DNA from: an uncultured Planctomycetaceae bacterium
Lineage (GTDB): Bacteria; Planctomycetota; Phycisphaerae; SM23-33
Length of the DNA: 50,169 nt
Assembly: GCA_964461295.1 (NCBI GenBank)
Contig: CAYWTX010000419.1
Coordinates: 1-50,169 of the forward strand
Direction: 5' to 3'
Under the pieces are notes generated by a model. It did not search any database. It was not told where the DNA came from and was given only the letters and a program-made list of their open reading frames with translations. Below are positions 27,240 through 36,416 of the stretch, piece after piece. A program made the position numbers and the translations under genes. Within the stretch, counting starts at the first letter, position 1. Each line of letters begins with the position of its first letter.

Positions 27240-28181
27240 ATGCTGCAAACCAACGCCATAGCCGAGCTTCTTTCCCCCCAACTGCTGGAGCGGACGCGGG
27301 GGCTGATGCTCGTGGCGCGGCGGGTGGTGGAAGGGGCGCTGCACGGGTTGCATCGAAGCCCGCTGCACGGGCTGAGCATCGAGTTCGCCGAGCACCGCGA
27401 GTACAGCCCCGGCGACGAACTGAAGCACCTGGACTGGAAGGTCATCGCCCGCAGCGAGCGATACGTCGTCAAGCAGTACGAGCAGGAAACCAGCCTGCGG
27501 GCTCTGATCGTCCTGGACCGCTCGCGGTCGATGGCCTTCGGCGAGAACACGCTGACGGGCGAGCCCACCGGGCGAACCAGCAAGTTCGGCTACGGGCGCA
27601 TCCTGGCCGCGGCGCTGGCCCACCTGCTGATCGAGCAGGGCGACAGCGTCGGGCTGATCCTGGCCACCGACCGCATCACGCACCAGGTGCCGCCGCGATC
27701 GGCGCCCGGGCACATCCTCAGCATCTGCCGCACGCTCATGGACGCCGAGCCGGCCGGGAGGACCGACCTGGCCTCGGCGCTCAACCAGCTCGCGGTGAGC
27801 CTGAAGCGCCGCAGCCTCGTGCTGCTCATCAGCGACCTGTTCGACGAACCCGATGGGTTGATCGCCACGCTGGGCCAGCTTCACCACCGCGGCCACGAGG
27901 TGGTGCTGATGCACGTGATGGACCCGGTGGAGCGGCTGTTCGACGTCGGGCGCACCAGCGGCGGCGTGACGGTGCTGCGCGACATGGAGACCGGCGGCGA
28001 GTTTGACGCCGAGCCGCACCTGATCCAGGAACTCGTCCGCCGCGAGGTGGAGAAGTTCTGCGCCTCGCTGGAGGACGGCGCGAAGCGCTACGGCCTGCAC
28101 CTGGTCCGCTGCCGCACCGACGAGCCGGTGGAGCAGGTGCTGGTGAGTTACCTGCACCGAAGAGGAAAGATGCGGAAGTAG
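27240..28181 (+). CDS. DUF58-family protein (VWA-like, MoxR partner)
   Basis: The characteristic motif is GLSIEFAEHREYSPGDELKHLDWKVIARSERYVVKQYEQE, followed by VLDRSRSM and LLISDLFDE. Confidence 0.9.
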   Translation: MLQTNAIAELLSPQLLERTRGLMLVARRVVEGALHGLHRSPLHGLSIEFAEHREYSPGDELKHLDWKVIARSERYVVKQYEQETSLRALIVLDRSRSMAFGENTLTGEPTGRTSKFGYGRILAAALAHLLIEQGDSVGLILATDRITHQVPPRSAPGHILSICRTLMDAEPAGRTDLASALNQLAVSLKRRSLVLLISDLFDEPDGLIATLGQLHHRGHEVVLMHVMDPVERLFDVGRTSGGVTVLRDMETGGEFDAEPHLIQELVRREVEKFCASLEDGAKRYGLHLVRCRTDEPVEQVLVSYLHRRGKMRK

Positions 28182-28183
28182 CC

Positions 28184-28402
28184 GCCGGCTTCCAGCGGCC
28201 AGCTTCCAGCAAGAGAAAGAGAAGGTGACCCGGTTCGTAGTACCGCCCTTGGGGCCAGGGCCGTAAGGCGGAATCCCGGCACGCCTTCGACGAGACGGGA
28301 GCCGCCTTACGGCCCTGGCCCCAAGGGCGGAACTACAAACGAAATCGGCCTCCCTCCTGCTGGAAGCTGGAAGCTGGTAGCTGGAAGCTGGAAGCTGGAA
28401 GC
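28184..28402. repeat. tandem-repeat-armed hairpin E (CCAGCTW heptamers) carrying a nested 39-nt-arm palindrome (28233-28271 / 28302-28340)
   Basis: The outer arms are GCCGGCTTCCAGCGGCCAGCTTCCAGC / (GCTGGAA)n. The inner arms share a 29-nt perfect complement, CCGCCCTTGGGGCCAGGGCCGTAAGGCGG. Confidence 0.8.
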
Positions 28403-28406
28403 TTCT

Positions 28407-30680
28407 ATGACATTGTTGTCCCCCATCCTGCTCTTGTTCGCCGCGTTCGCCGCGGTGCCGCTGGTGCTGCACCTGTACCACCGGCGCAAGCGGATCATGG
28501 TGGAGTTCTCCACCAACCGCTTCTTCACCGACACGGTGATCCAGTCGCAGCGGAGGATGCAGCTTCAGCGGCTGATGCTCATGCTGCTTCGCATGGCGGC
28601 GTGCGTGCTGCTGGCGTTGGCGGTCTCGCGCCCGATCCTGGAGGTGCTGGGCATGGGCGGGGCCCAGGGGCGGCGCGACGTCGTCATCCTGCTGGATGAT
28701 TCGCTTTCGATGAAGGCGGCCGACGCGGCCGTGGCGAGCGGGGCGGACCGCTACACGCGGCTGGAGCGAGCCAAGGCGGTCGCGGCTGGGACGCTGCGGC
28801 AGCTTGCCCGCGGCGACCGGGCGGCGGTGCTGACGTTCAGCGGCAAGGCGTTGGGCAGCGCGGGCCTGGCGGGCGTGGAACTCACAAGCGACCCGGCCCG
28901 GCTGATCGGAGAACTGGCCTCGCTGACGGCGACCGACGCCGGCCCGGGCCCGTTCTGGGCCGTGGAGCAGGCCGCGCGGATCTTCGACTCGCCCCAGCAG
29001 CGGGCCCGCATGTTGATGGTCGCCACCGACCTGCAGGCCAACCAGTGGCCGCAGAGCGATTGGCCCCAGCCGCGCGAGCCCATCCAGACCGTGCTGCTGC
29101 ACGTGGAGGACCCGACGACGAACAACGCGATGGTCGAGTCGGCCGTGCTGAGCCAGGGCCTGGCCGTCATCGGCCAGCCCAACACGCTGGAGATTCGGCT
29201 GAGGAACTATCGGCCGGGGGCGATCGTGGGGCAGCTCGTCGTGGAGTTGGACGGCAAGGCGCAGGCGCACCGGCCGCTGGAGTTGCCCGGGCAAAGCGCG
29301 CACGTGGAGCACGTGCCGCTGGCGCTGGAGCGCGAGGCCAGCGGGCCGAGCACGGCGAGGGCGGTTGCGGCGCAGCCAGCGACGTCCTCGGCGCCGCGCC
29401 AACTGAAGATCGCGTTTGTCGCCCCGGACGCCCTGCCCGAGGACAACACGCTCTACGCGACGCTGGAGACCACGCGGCGGCTGCCGATTCTGCTGGTGGA
29501 CGGCATGCCGAGCGACAACCCGCGTCGCACGCCCGCCTTCTATCTGAAGGCGGCGCTTGAGGCCGTGGTGGCCGACGGCGAAGGTCTGCTGGTGAACTCG
29601 GTGGGCGTTGGTGAACTGCCCAACGAGAGCATGGACGGCTACCGCGTGATGATCCTGGCGGGCGTGGAGTCGCTGAGCGTCGAGCAGGTGGCGCGGCTGG
29701 AGAGATTCGTCCTCGCCGGCGGGGGCCTGGAGATCTTCCTTGCCGGCGGGGCAGCCGGCGAGTTCCACAACGGGGTGCTTGGCTCGCCGCGGCGGCCGCT
29801 GGGCGGGCTCCTGCCCGGCAAGCTCAAGCGGTTGGTGGCGTCGAAGGACCAGGCCGAGCCGATGCACATCCTCGAGGCACAGTGGGACCACGCGATTTTC
29901 CAGCGGTTCACCGGCCCGCTGCGCAGCGCCCTGGCTGGCATCGACATCCGCCAGGCGTGGCTCGTGGAGCCGCGCGAGGCCAGCGTGCTGGCGCGCATCG
30001 ACGACCGCATGCCGCTGATGCTGGAGCGGTCTTACGGCCGCGGGCGGGTCCTGCTGGTGACGACCTCGCCGCAGCCGGACTGGAGCAGCCTGCCGCTGCG
30101 GCGGAGCTTTGTCACGCTGATGAGCCGCACGATCAGTTACCTGGCGGGGGCGGGTTCGGCCGCGAGGACGAACGAGGTCGGGCAGGAGTTGGTGATGCTG
30201 CGCGGCAAGGCCGCGCGGCCGGCGGCGGTGAAGCGGCCGGGCAGCCAGCCGCCGAGGACGGCGCACCTGCGGGCGGCGGGGGCGACGGGCGAGGCGTACT
30301 TGCCGGCGGCGGATGTGGCGGCCGCCGGGTTCTACACGGTCGATGCGGCCTCGCCCGGCGAGGCGGCGGTCGTCGCGGCTGTGAACTGCCCGCGAAGCGA
30401 ATCGGCCCCGGAGACGGTGGACGCCAACGACGTCGCCCGCTTCAGCGGGCGATGGAGGATCACGCCTGTGAGTCTGGCCAGGGGCGAGGGCGGCAAGGCG
30501 TTGGGCGGCGAGGGCGCGATCGCGAAGGTGCTTTCGGCGGGCAAGGTGAGCCGCGGCATCTGGGACATGCTGCTGTGGGTGGTGCTGGCAGCGCTGGTGA
30601 TCGAGCCGGTGGTTGCCAACCGGCTGGGGAGGAAGAATGAGTCGGCCGCGTTGAGCGGAACGAAGGCGAAGGCGGCGTGA
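28407..30680 (+). CDS. BatA-like membrane protein (aerotolerance-regulator N-terminal domain + VWA + GATase1-like domain + C-terminal TM anchor)
   Basis: The N-terminus is LSPILLLFAAFAAVPLVLHLYHRRKRIMVEFSTNRFF with a second TM helix. The MIDAS-like motif is VILLDDSLSM. Also present are YRVMILAGVESLSVEQVARLERFVLAGGGLEIF and the C-terminal TM MLLWVVLAALVIEPVVA. Confidence 0.85.
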   Translation: MTLLSPILLLFAAFAAVPLVLHLYHRRKRIMVEFSTNRFFTDTVIQSQRRMQLQRLMLMLLRMAACVLLALAVSRPILEVLGMGGAQGRRDVVILLDDSLSMKAADAAVASGADRYTRLERAKAVAAGTLRQLARGDRAAVLTFSGKALGSAGLAGVELTSDPARLIGELASLTATDAGPGPFWAVEQAARIFDSPQQRARMLMVATDLQANQWPQSDWPQPREPIQTVLLHVEDPTTNNAMVESAVLSQGLAVIGQPNTLEIRLRNYRPGAIVGQLVVELDGKAQAHRPLELPGQSAHVEHVPLALEREASGPSTARAVAAQPATSSAPRQLKIAFVAPDALPEDNTLYATLETTRRLPILLVDGMPSDNPRRTPAFYLKAALEAVVADGEGLLVNSVGVGELPNESMDGYRVMILAGVESLSVEQVARLERFVLAGGGLEIFLAGGAAGEFHNGVLGSPRRPLGGLLPGKLKRLVASKDQAEPMHILEAQWDHAIFQRFTGPLRSALAGIDIRQAWLVEPREASVLARIDDRMPLMLERSYGRGRVLLVTTSPQPDWSSLPLRRSFVTLMSRTISYLAGAGSAARTNEVGQELVMLRGKAARPAAVKRPGSQPPRTAHLRAAGATGEAYLPAADVAAAGFYTVDAASPGEAAVVAAVNCPRSESAPETVDANDVARFSGRWRITPVSLARGEGGKALGGEGAIAKVLSAGKVSRGIWDMLLWVVLAALVIEPVVANRLGRKNESAALSGTKAKAA

Positions 30681-30732
30681 AGAACGCCAGAAAGCAAGCC
30701 GTCAGGCGATTGGAGCTGGCTGTGTGGATCGA

Positions 30733-33120
30733 ATGAGCTTGGGTGCATCACAACTTGCGGCGTTGCGGATTGACTGGTCCAATTTCGGGCCCGTCGCCGT
30801 CGTGCTGGTGGGGATCGGCGTGGCGCTGGTGGTGCTGGCGTATACGCGCGGGTTGCGCGGGCGAGGGCGGGCTGCGCGGAACAGGTTCCTGCTGCTGGGC
30901 CTGCGGCTGGGGGCGATCGCCTGCCTGCTGGCGGCGCTGCTGCACCCGATGTGGGTGTGGCGGAAGGCGGACCTGGACAAGCCTGCCGTTGCGGTGGTGC
31001 TGGACAACAGCCTGTCGATGTCGCTGCCGGCCGAGGGAGAGGCCGGCCCCAGCCGCTACGAGCGGGCGCTGGATGTGCTGCGCAGTCGCATCGTGCCCAA
31101 GCTGGGCCAGTCGGCCGAGCTGCGGTGCTACGACGCCTCGGGGAGCGTGCTGGACCTGGCGGCTCTGCCGGCGGCGCCCAAGGGCGAGCGGAGCCCGCTG
31201 ACGGAGTCGCTGGCTCGCGTGCAGAGAGCGCTGCGAGCCAGGAAGCTCGCGGGAATCATCCTGCTGAGCGACGGGGCCGAATCGGATGACTCACGGTCGG
31301 GCGCCGGCGGGCTGAAGGACGTTCACGCAGCCGTGTATCCGGTGGAGTTGGCCCGTCAGGCCGCGGCGGGCGTCGGGCCGAGCGACTTGTCGATCCAGGC
31401 GGTCATCGCCAACCAGCGGGCACTGGCGGGCAACGCGGTGAAGGTGACGGTGCTGATGGGGGCCACGGGGCGCATCGACGCGCGGAACGTCGAGGTCACG
31501 ATCTCGGATGAGCGGTCCGTGGTAGCGCGGAAGATCATCCGCTGGCACGCCGGGGAGATGAACCGCGGCGTGGACCTGGACTTTCAGGCGAGCCGTCCCG
31601 GCAAGCTGACGTACACGGTGGACGTACGGGCGCAGGATGCCAGCGCGGGACCCGGGCACGGGCCTGCGCCGGGCGCTTCAACCACGGCGCCAGGCGCCGA
31701 GGTCGCGGCTGCCCCCTTCCATATCGAGCGCAACCTGGGCAACAACCGCGCGTGGTTCCCGCTGGCGGTGCGCGTCCAGCCTTTCACCGTGTTGTACATC
31801 GACGGCGTGCTTCGCTGGGAGGGCAAGTTCATGCGGGAAGCCCTCGCCGGCGACCCCGACCTGAACGTGCTGTCGTCGGTTCGCACGGCGGCCCGCTCGG
31901 CTGGGGGCAAAAGCCGCGGCATTCTCACCAAGGAGCAGCTGGCCAACGTGAAGGTGGTGATCCTGGGCGACATCGAGCCGGGATACTTCGCCGAGGCGGA
32001 GTTGTCCGCCCTGAAGAGCTGGGTGAGCGACGGCGGCGGGCTGCTGCTGACCGGCGGCTACCTGGGCTTCGGGCCCGATGGGTTCGGCACGAGCGTCCTG
32101 CGCGACGTGCTGCCGGTGGACTTCGTCGAGGACGAGAAGGCCCAGATCGACACGCCGTTCAACCTGCGACTGACCGAGGAGGGCGAAGGCCATCCGATCT
32201 TCCACATCACGGGCGACCGCGTGCGCGACCGGGCGGTGTGGCACTCGCTGCCGCAACTGGCCGGGTGCAGCCGCATCAAGGGGATCAAGCCCGGCGCGCA
32301 GGTGCTGGCGGTGAACCCGGGCGTGTCCGGCGGCGACAACCGGCAGGGCCTGCCGGTGATGGTGAGCCAGCAGGTGGGGCGCGGGCGCTCGATGGTGTGG
32401 GCGGTGGACACGACGTGGAAGTGGCGGACGATCGTCGGCGGGTTCACCGGCGAGACGCTGTTTTACCGCAAGTTCTGGGGCCAACTCGTGCGGTTCCTGG
32501 CCGCGGGCGAGGATGAGGCCTCGGCCGAGAGGCTGTTTGTTTCCACCGACCGCTACCGGTACAAGGAAGGCCAGGACGTCAAGTTGCTGGTGGAGGTGCG
32601 CGGCGGCGAGGAATCGCGGCCGGGCAGCAGCACGCGGCCGTCGCTGCCGGCGAAGGTGGATTGGCGCGTGTCGGCGCTGTGCGTGGACGAAGAGGGCCGG
32701 CGGACGCGTGTGGGGCTGGCCTCGGCCGGGCAGGATCGCCACGAGGCGAAGGTGCCGGCGGCCCGGCCGGGACGGATGGACTTCCTCGTGACGGCCGAGC
32801 CGATTGTGCCGGCCGTGGTGAAGCGCGACCAGGACGAGTATGCGGTGCGGACGCAGGCGGTGACGGTGCAGGTGGAGCGGCCGGACCTGGAGTTGCTGGC
32901 GGGGCAGTGGGACTCGCAGTGGCTGACGCGGGCGGCACAGGCGACGGGCGGGCGCGTGCTGAAGGTGGACGAGATTGACACGTGGCGGCTGGAGACGGAG
33001 CCGACGGCCGTGACGCGCGTGGAGCAGGCGGGGTTGTGGCACCACCCGGTGCTGGTCGCGGCGTTCTTCGTTCTGCTGTGCGCGGAGTGGGTCTTGAGGC
33101 GGATGAGAAGGTTGGCGTGA
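30733..33120 (+). CDS. membrane VWA / GATase1-like protein (second BatA/BatB-like paralogue)
   Basis: There are two N-terminal TM helices. Motifs include VAVVLDNSLSMS (MIDAS), GIILLSDGAESD and VKVVILGDIEP...LKSWVSDGGGLLLTGG, with a C-terminal TM helix. An alternative GTG start is at 30724. Confidence 0.8.
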   Translation: MSLGASQLAALRIDWSNFGPVAVVLVGIGVALVVLAYTRGLRGRGRAARNRFLLLGLRLGAIACLLAALLHPMWVWRKADLDKPAVAVVLDNSLSMSLPAEGEAGPSRYERALDVLRSRIVPKLGQSAELRCYDASGSVLDLAALPAAPKGERSPLTESLARVQRALRARKLAGIILLSDGAESDDSRSGAGGLKDVHAAVYPVELARQAAAGVGPSDLSIQAVIANQRALAGNAVKVTVLMGATGRIDARNVEVTISDERSVVARKIIRWHAGEMNRGVDLDFQASRPGKLTYTVDVRAQDASAGPGHGPAPGASTTAPGAEVAAAPFHIERNLGNNRAWFPLAVRVQPFTVLYIDGVLRWEGKFMREALAGDPDLNVLSSVRTAARSAGGKSRGILTKEQLANVKVVILGDIEPGYFAEAELSALKSWVSDGGGLLLTGGYLGFGPDGFGTSVLRDVLPVDFVEDEKAQIDTPFNLRLTEEGEGHPIFHITGDRVRDRAVWHSLPQLAGCSRIKGIKPGAQVLAVNPGVSGGDNRQGLPVMVSQQVGRGRSMVWAVDTTWKWRTIVGGFTGETLFYRKFWGQLVRFLAAGEDEASAERLFVSTDRYRYKEGQDVKLLVEVRGGEESRPGSSTRPSLPAKVDWRVSALCVDEEGRRTRVGLASAGQDRHEAKVPAARPGRMDFLVTAEPIVPAVVKRDQDEYAVRTQAVTVQVERPDLELLAGQWDSQWLTRAAQATGGRVLKVDEIDTWRLETEPTAVTRVEQAGLWHHPVLVAAFFVLLCAEWVLRRMRRLA

Positions 33121-33146
33121 GAGACAATGCCACACCGAGGCGCACC

Positions 33147-36100
33147 ATGACACAGTCACAATCGATTGACCGCGTGCTGGCGATGATCAGCGCGATCCGG
33201 CGGCGGTGGGTGGCGCGGCAGATGGGCGTGCTGCTGGCCGCGACGGCGGCGGGGGCGCTGGGTTGGCTGCTGCTGATGCTCCTGGCCGACAACTTCGTGA
33301 TCCTTACGCCGGCGCAGTTCCTGGGCGGCTGGGCGGTGCTGCTGATCGGGGCGGGCGCGTGGATGGCGGGGATGCTCGCCACGGTGACGGTGCGGCGCCC
33401 CAGCGCGGTGCGGCTGGCGCTGCTCTACGAGCAGCGGGCGGGAAGGCAGCGCGCGGGGCAAGCCCCGCCGCTAAGCCAGCAGAACCGGCTCGTCAACGCG
33501 TTGCAGTTCATCGAGGCCGGCACAGCCGGCAGCGATCCGATGGCTGGAGCCGCCGTCATCGAGAACTCGCGGCGTATCGATCCCCGCACGGCGGGGCTGG
33601 CGATCGACCGCCGGCCGGTGACGCGCGGGCTGCTGGCGCTGGTGGCGTGCGGGGCGCTGCTGGGCGGGTACGTGGCGTTGCGCCCGGCGATGGCGAGCAA
33701 CGCCCTGGCGCGCCTGGCGCGCCCGCTGGCGCCGCCGGCCCACCTGTTGGCGACGGAGATTGTCGTTCGGCCGGGCAACGCGAGTGTGCTGGAAGGCACG
33801 CCGGTGGTCATCGACGTGGAGTTGGCCCGGTTCCTGCCGAACCGGGACGAAGTCGCCCTGGAGTATCGCCTGGGCGAGATGGGCTGGACGAGCGTGCCGC
33901 TGAAGCCGACGGGGGAGCGAGGCGCGAAGTACCGCTACGACGGCCTGACGAGCGTGACGGCGCCGATCAGCTACCGGGTGCGAGCCGGGCGAAGCACGAG
34001 CGAGAGATACTCCATCGACGTGCGGTACCGCCCGCGCGTGGACGGCATCGCGTGCTCGGTGACGCGCCCGGCGTATGCGGGCGGCGTCGTCGTGCGGCTG
34101 GACAGCGGGGTCGGCGAGTTGTCGGGGCTGGAGGGCTCGACGGCCGCCATCGAGGTAGCGTGCAACAACGAACTGGCCGAGGCGAAGTTGGAGATGTCCG
34201 ACGGCGCGGCCGTCGCGATGGCGATCGACGCGGGCAGCGCGAAGCTCGCCCGCGCGAGCTTTCCCCTCGCCGCCAACGGCAGCTACGCCGTGCGGCTGAC
34301 CGACCGCCACGGCGTGACGAACTTGAGCCCGCCGCGGTACGGCATCACCGTCACGCCCGACCAGGCGCCCACCGCGATCGTGACCGTGCCGGGGCGCGAT
34401 CTGATTCTCGCGGCCGACAGCGAAGTGGAGGTCGTCATCGAGGCGACGGACGACATCGGCCTGGGGGCCGTGGTGCTCCAGGCGCGGCGCCCGAAGGAGA
34501 AGTGGGAGGACGCCAACCGGTGGGAGTTCACCGCGCCGGACCTGCATGCCAGAACGCTGACGGCGCCGCTCTCGTTGCCGAAGTTGGGTATCGCCGCCAA
34601 CCAGACGCTGCTCTACCGCGTGCTGGCGTTTGACAAGCGGACGCCGCAGCCCAACCAGACCGTCGGGCGAACGTGGTCGATCACCGCGGCCGAGGGGTCG
34701 CGCAACGGCACGCTGCTGGGAGGCCAGCAGAAGCGCCTGCTCGACCTGCTCAACGCGGTGCTGGAGATGCAGAAGAACAACCGGAAGGGATTCGCGGCCG
34801 ACGACAAGCTCCAGGCGATCCGCGTGCGGCAGAACAAGGTGCGCGAGTTGACGTACGAGGCGATCGCGGAGCAGGAGAAGTCGGTCCGGCCGACGGGGAG
34901 CATCCTTCGCGACCTGAACGCCCTTGCGGCGGGGGCGATGCTGCAATGCATCCAGTCGCTGGTGCGATACGAGGGCCCGCAGCAGAAGCCGCTCAAGGAA
35001 TCCCTCGTCAAGCAGATGGACTACATCATCGCCCAGCTCGAGGACATCATCCGCCGCACGGCTGACAGCGTCGCCTTGGCCGACAAGGCCGCGGCCTCGA
35101 TGGAGAAGCTCACGCCGCAGCAGCGGGCGGAGCTGCTCAAGAAGATCAAGGACGAACTGAAGAGGCTGCGGGACTTCACGGCCGAGCAGGACAAGCTGAT
35201 CGAGGGCGTGGAGGAGTTCGTCCGCAAGGGCAGGGATCTGACCGACGAGGACAAGAAGAAGATCGAGAGGCTCAAGGGGGTCGAGGACGAGTGGGCGAAG
35301 ATCTTCAAGGGCAAGGTGAGCGACATCGCCGAGCTGGCCAAGCAGGACTTCAGCGACGCCAACGTGGCGAGCGACTACAAGGAGTTGGCCGAGCAGATCG
35401 AGGAAGCCAGCCAGACGATCGCCCCGCGGAACATCCAGGAGGTGAGGACGGGCGCGCAGTCGTCGGTAGTCGCCGAGATGAAGGACGCCAAGGACAAGGC
35501 CAATAAGGTCAAGGAGGAGATGGAGCAGTGGTTGCCGGCCGGGGCCGACAGCACCAAGTGGGTGATGGAGAACCCCAAGCAGCAGATCGAGGTGCCGAAC
35601 GCTCCGCTGCCCAAGGAGCTGTTCGACCTGGTGGGCGAACTGGTGGAGGACCAGGACCGGATGGCCGACAAGGCCGAGGACGAGACGAGCGGCAACGTGG
35701 ACCTGGCGCCGCCCAACGCGCCGGACCCGACGTGGGGCGTGGACGGCGGGCCGATCAGCACGTTCAACGCCAAGGGCAAGACGGGCAACCGCCTGCCGGA
35801 CAACAATCAGGCCGGCGGGCGCAGCGGCGACGGGCGCAGCGGCAAGAGCCAGGGCCAGTTCGTGGAGAACGTGGCCAAGGGTCTGGAAGGGCGTAAGCCG
35901 GAGACGGGCATCACCAACGACACGTACGAGAAGGGGGTCGTGAAGGAGTTGCAGAAGCTGGCGACCGGCGGGGCCACCGGCGGCGGCAAGGCCCGCGGCG
36001 GCGGGCAGGAGGGACTGGAAGGCGAGGCGCCCCCGCCGACGTACGGCGGCATGGCGGAGATGAAAGACTGGCAGCAGCGATACCGCCAGAAGGCGGCGCG

Positions 36101-36416
36101 GCTGGCGTCGGCGCTGAAGATGGCTGGCATCCACGTGCCGGAGGTCGACCGGCTGCTGAAGCTGATGGGCGTCGAGGACAACAAGAAAGCCGACGGGCGC
36201 TATGCCGACGACATGAAGCGCCACGAGATGACGCTGGGCTCGCTGAAGGCGGCGCCGGGGCTGGAGGCCCGGCCCTCGTCGATGCGGGCCGACCAGGCGC
36301 AGGGCGCCCCGGCCGGGAGCCGCGACCGCGTCCTGGACGCCGGCGACGAAGCCGTGCCCAAGGAATACGACGATGCTGTGAGGCGATACTTTGAGAAACT
36401 CAGCGAGAACAAGTGA
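33147..36416 (+). CDS. large membrane-anchored protein (about 1089 aa) with a beta-rich middle and a long K/E-rich coiled-coil and Gly-rich C-terminal half (DUF4175-like, unverified)
   Basis: ATG at 33147 gives MTQSQSIDRVLAMISAIRRRW followed by two TM helices. The coding-like frame is continuous. The track start at 32982 overlaps the previous gene and is Arg/Gly-rich. Confidence 0.75.
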   Translation: MTQSQSIDRVLAMISAIRRRWVARQMGVLLAATAAGALGWLLLMLLADNFVILTPAQFLGGWAVLLIGAGAWMAGMLATVTVRRPSAVRLALLYEQRAGRQRAGQAPPLSQQNRLVNALQFIEAGTAGSDPMAGAAVIENSRRIDPRTAGLAIDRRPVTRGLLALVACGALLGGYVALRPAMASNALARLARPLAPPAHLLATEIVVRPGNASVLEGTPVVIDVELARFLPNRDEVALEYRLGEMGWTSVPLKPTGERGAKYRYDGLTSVTAPISYRVRAGRSTSERYSIDVRYRPRVDGIACSVTRPAYAGGVVVRLDSGVGELSGLEGSTAAIEVACNNELAEAKLEMSDGAAVAMAIDAGSAKLARASFPLAANGSYAVRLTDRHGVTNLSPPRYGITVTPDQAPTAIVTVPGRDLILAADSEVEVVIEATDDIGLGAVVLQARRPKEKWEDANRWEFTAPDLHARTLTAPLSLPKLGIAANQTLLYRVLAFDKRTPQPNQTVGRTWSITAAEGSRNGTLLGGQQKRLLDLLNAVLEMQKNNRKGFAADDKLQAIRVRQNKVRELTYEAIAEQEKSVRPTGSILRDLNALAAGAMLQCIQSLVRYEGPQQKPLKESLVKQMDYIIAQLEDIIRRTADSVALADKAAASMEKLTPQQRAELLKKIKDELKRLRDFTAEQDKLIEGVEEFVRKGRDLTDEDKKKIERLKGVEDEWAKIFKGKVSDIAELAKQDFSDANVASDYKELAEQIEEASQTIAPRNIQEVRTGAQSSVVAEMKDAKDKANKVKEEMEQWLPAGADSTKWVMENPKQQIEVPNAPLPKELFDLVGELVEDQDRMADKAEDETSGNVDLAPPNAPDPTWGVDGGPISTFNAKGKTGNRLPDNNQAGGRSGDGRSGKSQGQFVENVAKGLEGRKPETGITNDTYEKGVVKELQKLATGGATGGGKARGGGQEGLEGEAPPPTYGGMAEMKDWQQRYRQKAARLASALKMAGIHVPEVDRLLKLMGVEDNKKADGRYADDMKRHEMTLGSLKAAPGLEARPSSMRADQAQGAPAGSRDRVLDAGDEAVPKEYDDAVRRYFEKLSENK

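Noticed and set aside
32982-33146. Upstream extension of the 1089-aa protein. Similar extensions precede moxR (25981), kdsB (15180), dnaA (8726), the AOS (46288), CHAD (24523) and metY (21298).
   Set aside because: The extensions overlap upstream genes or repeats and are Arg/Gly-rich. Internal ATGs with SD-like sequences or start-stop overlaps give N-termini typical of the families.
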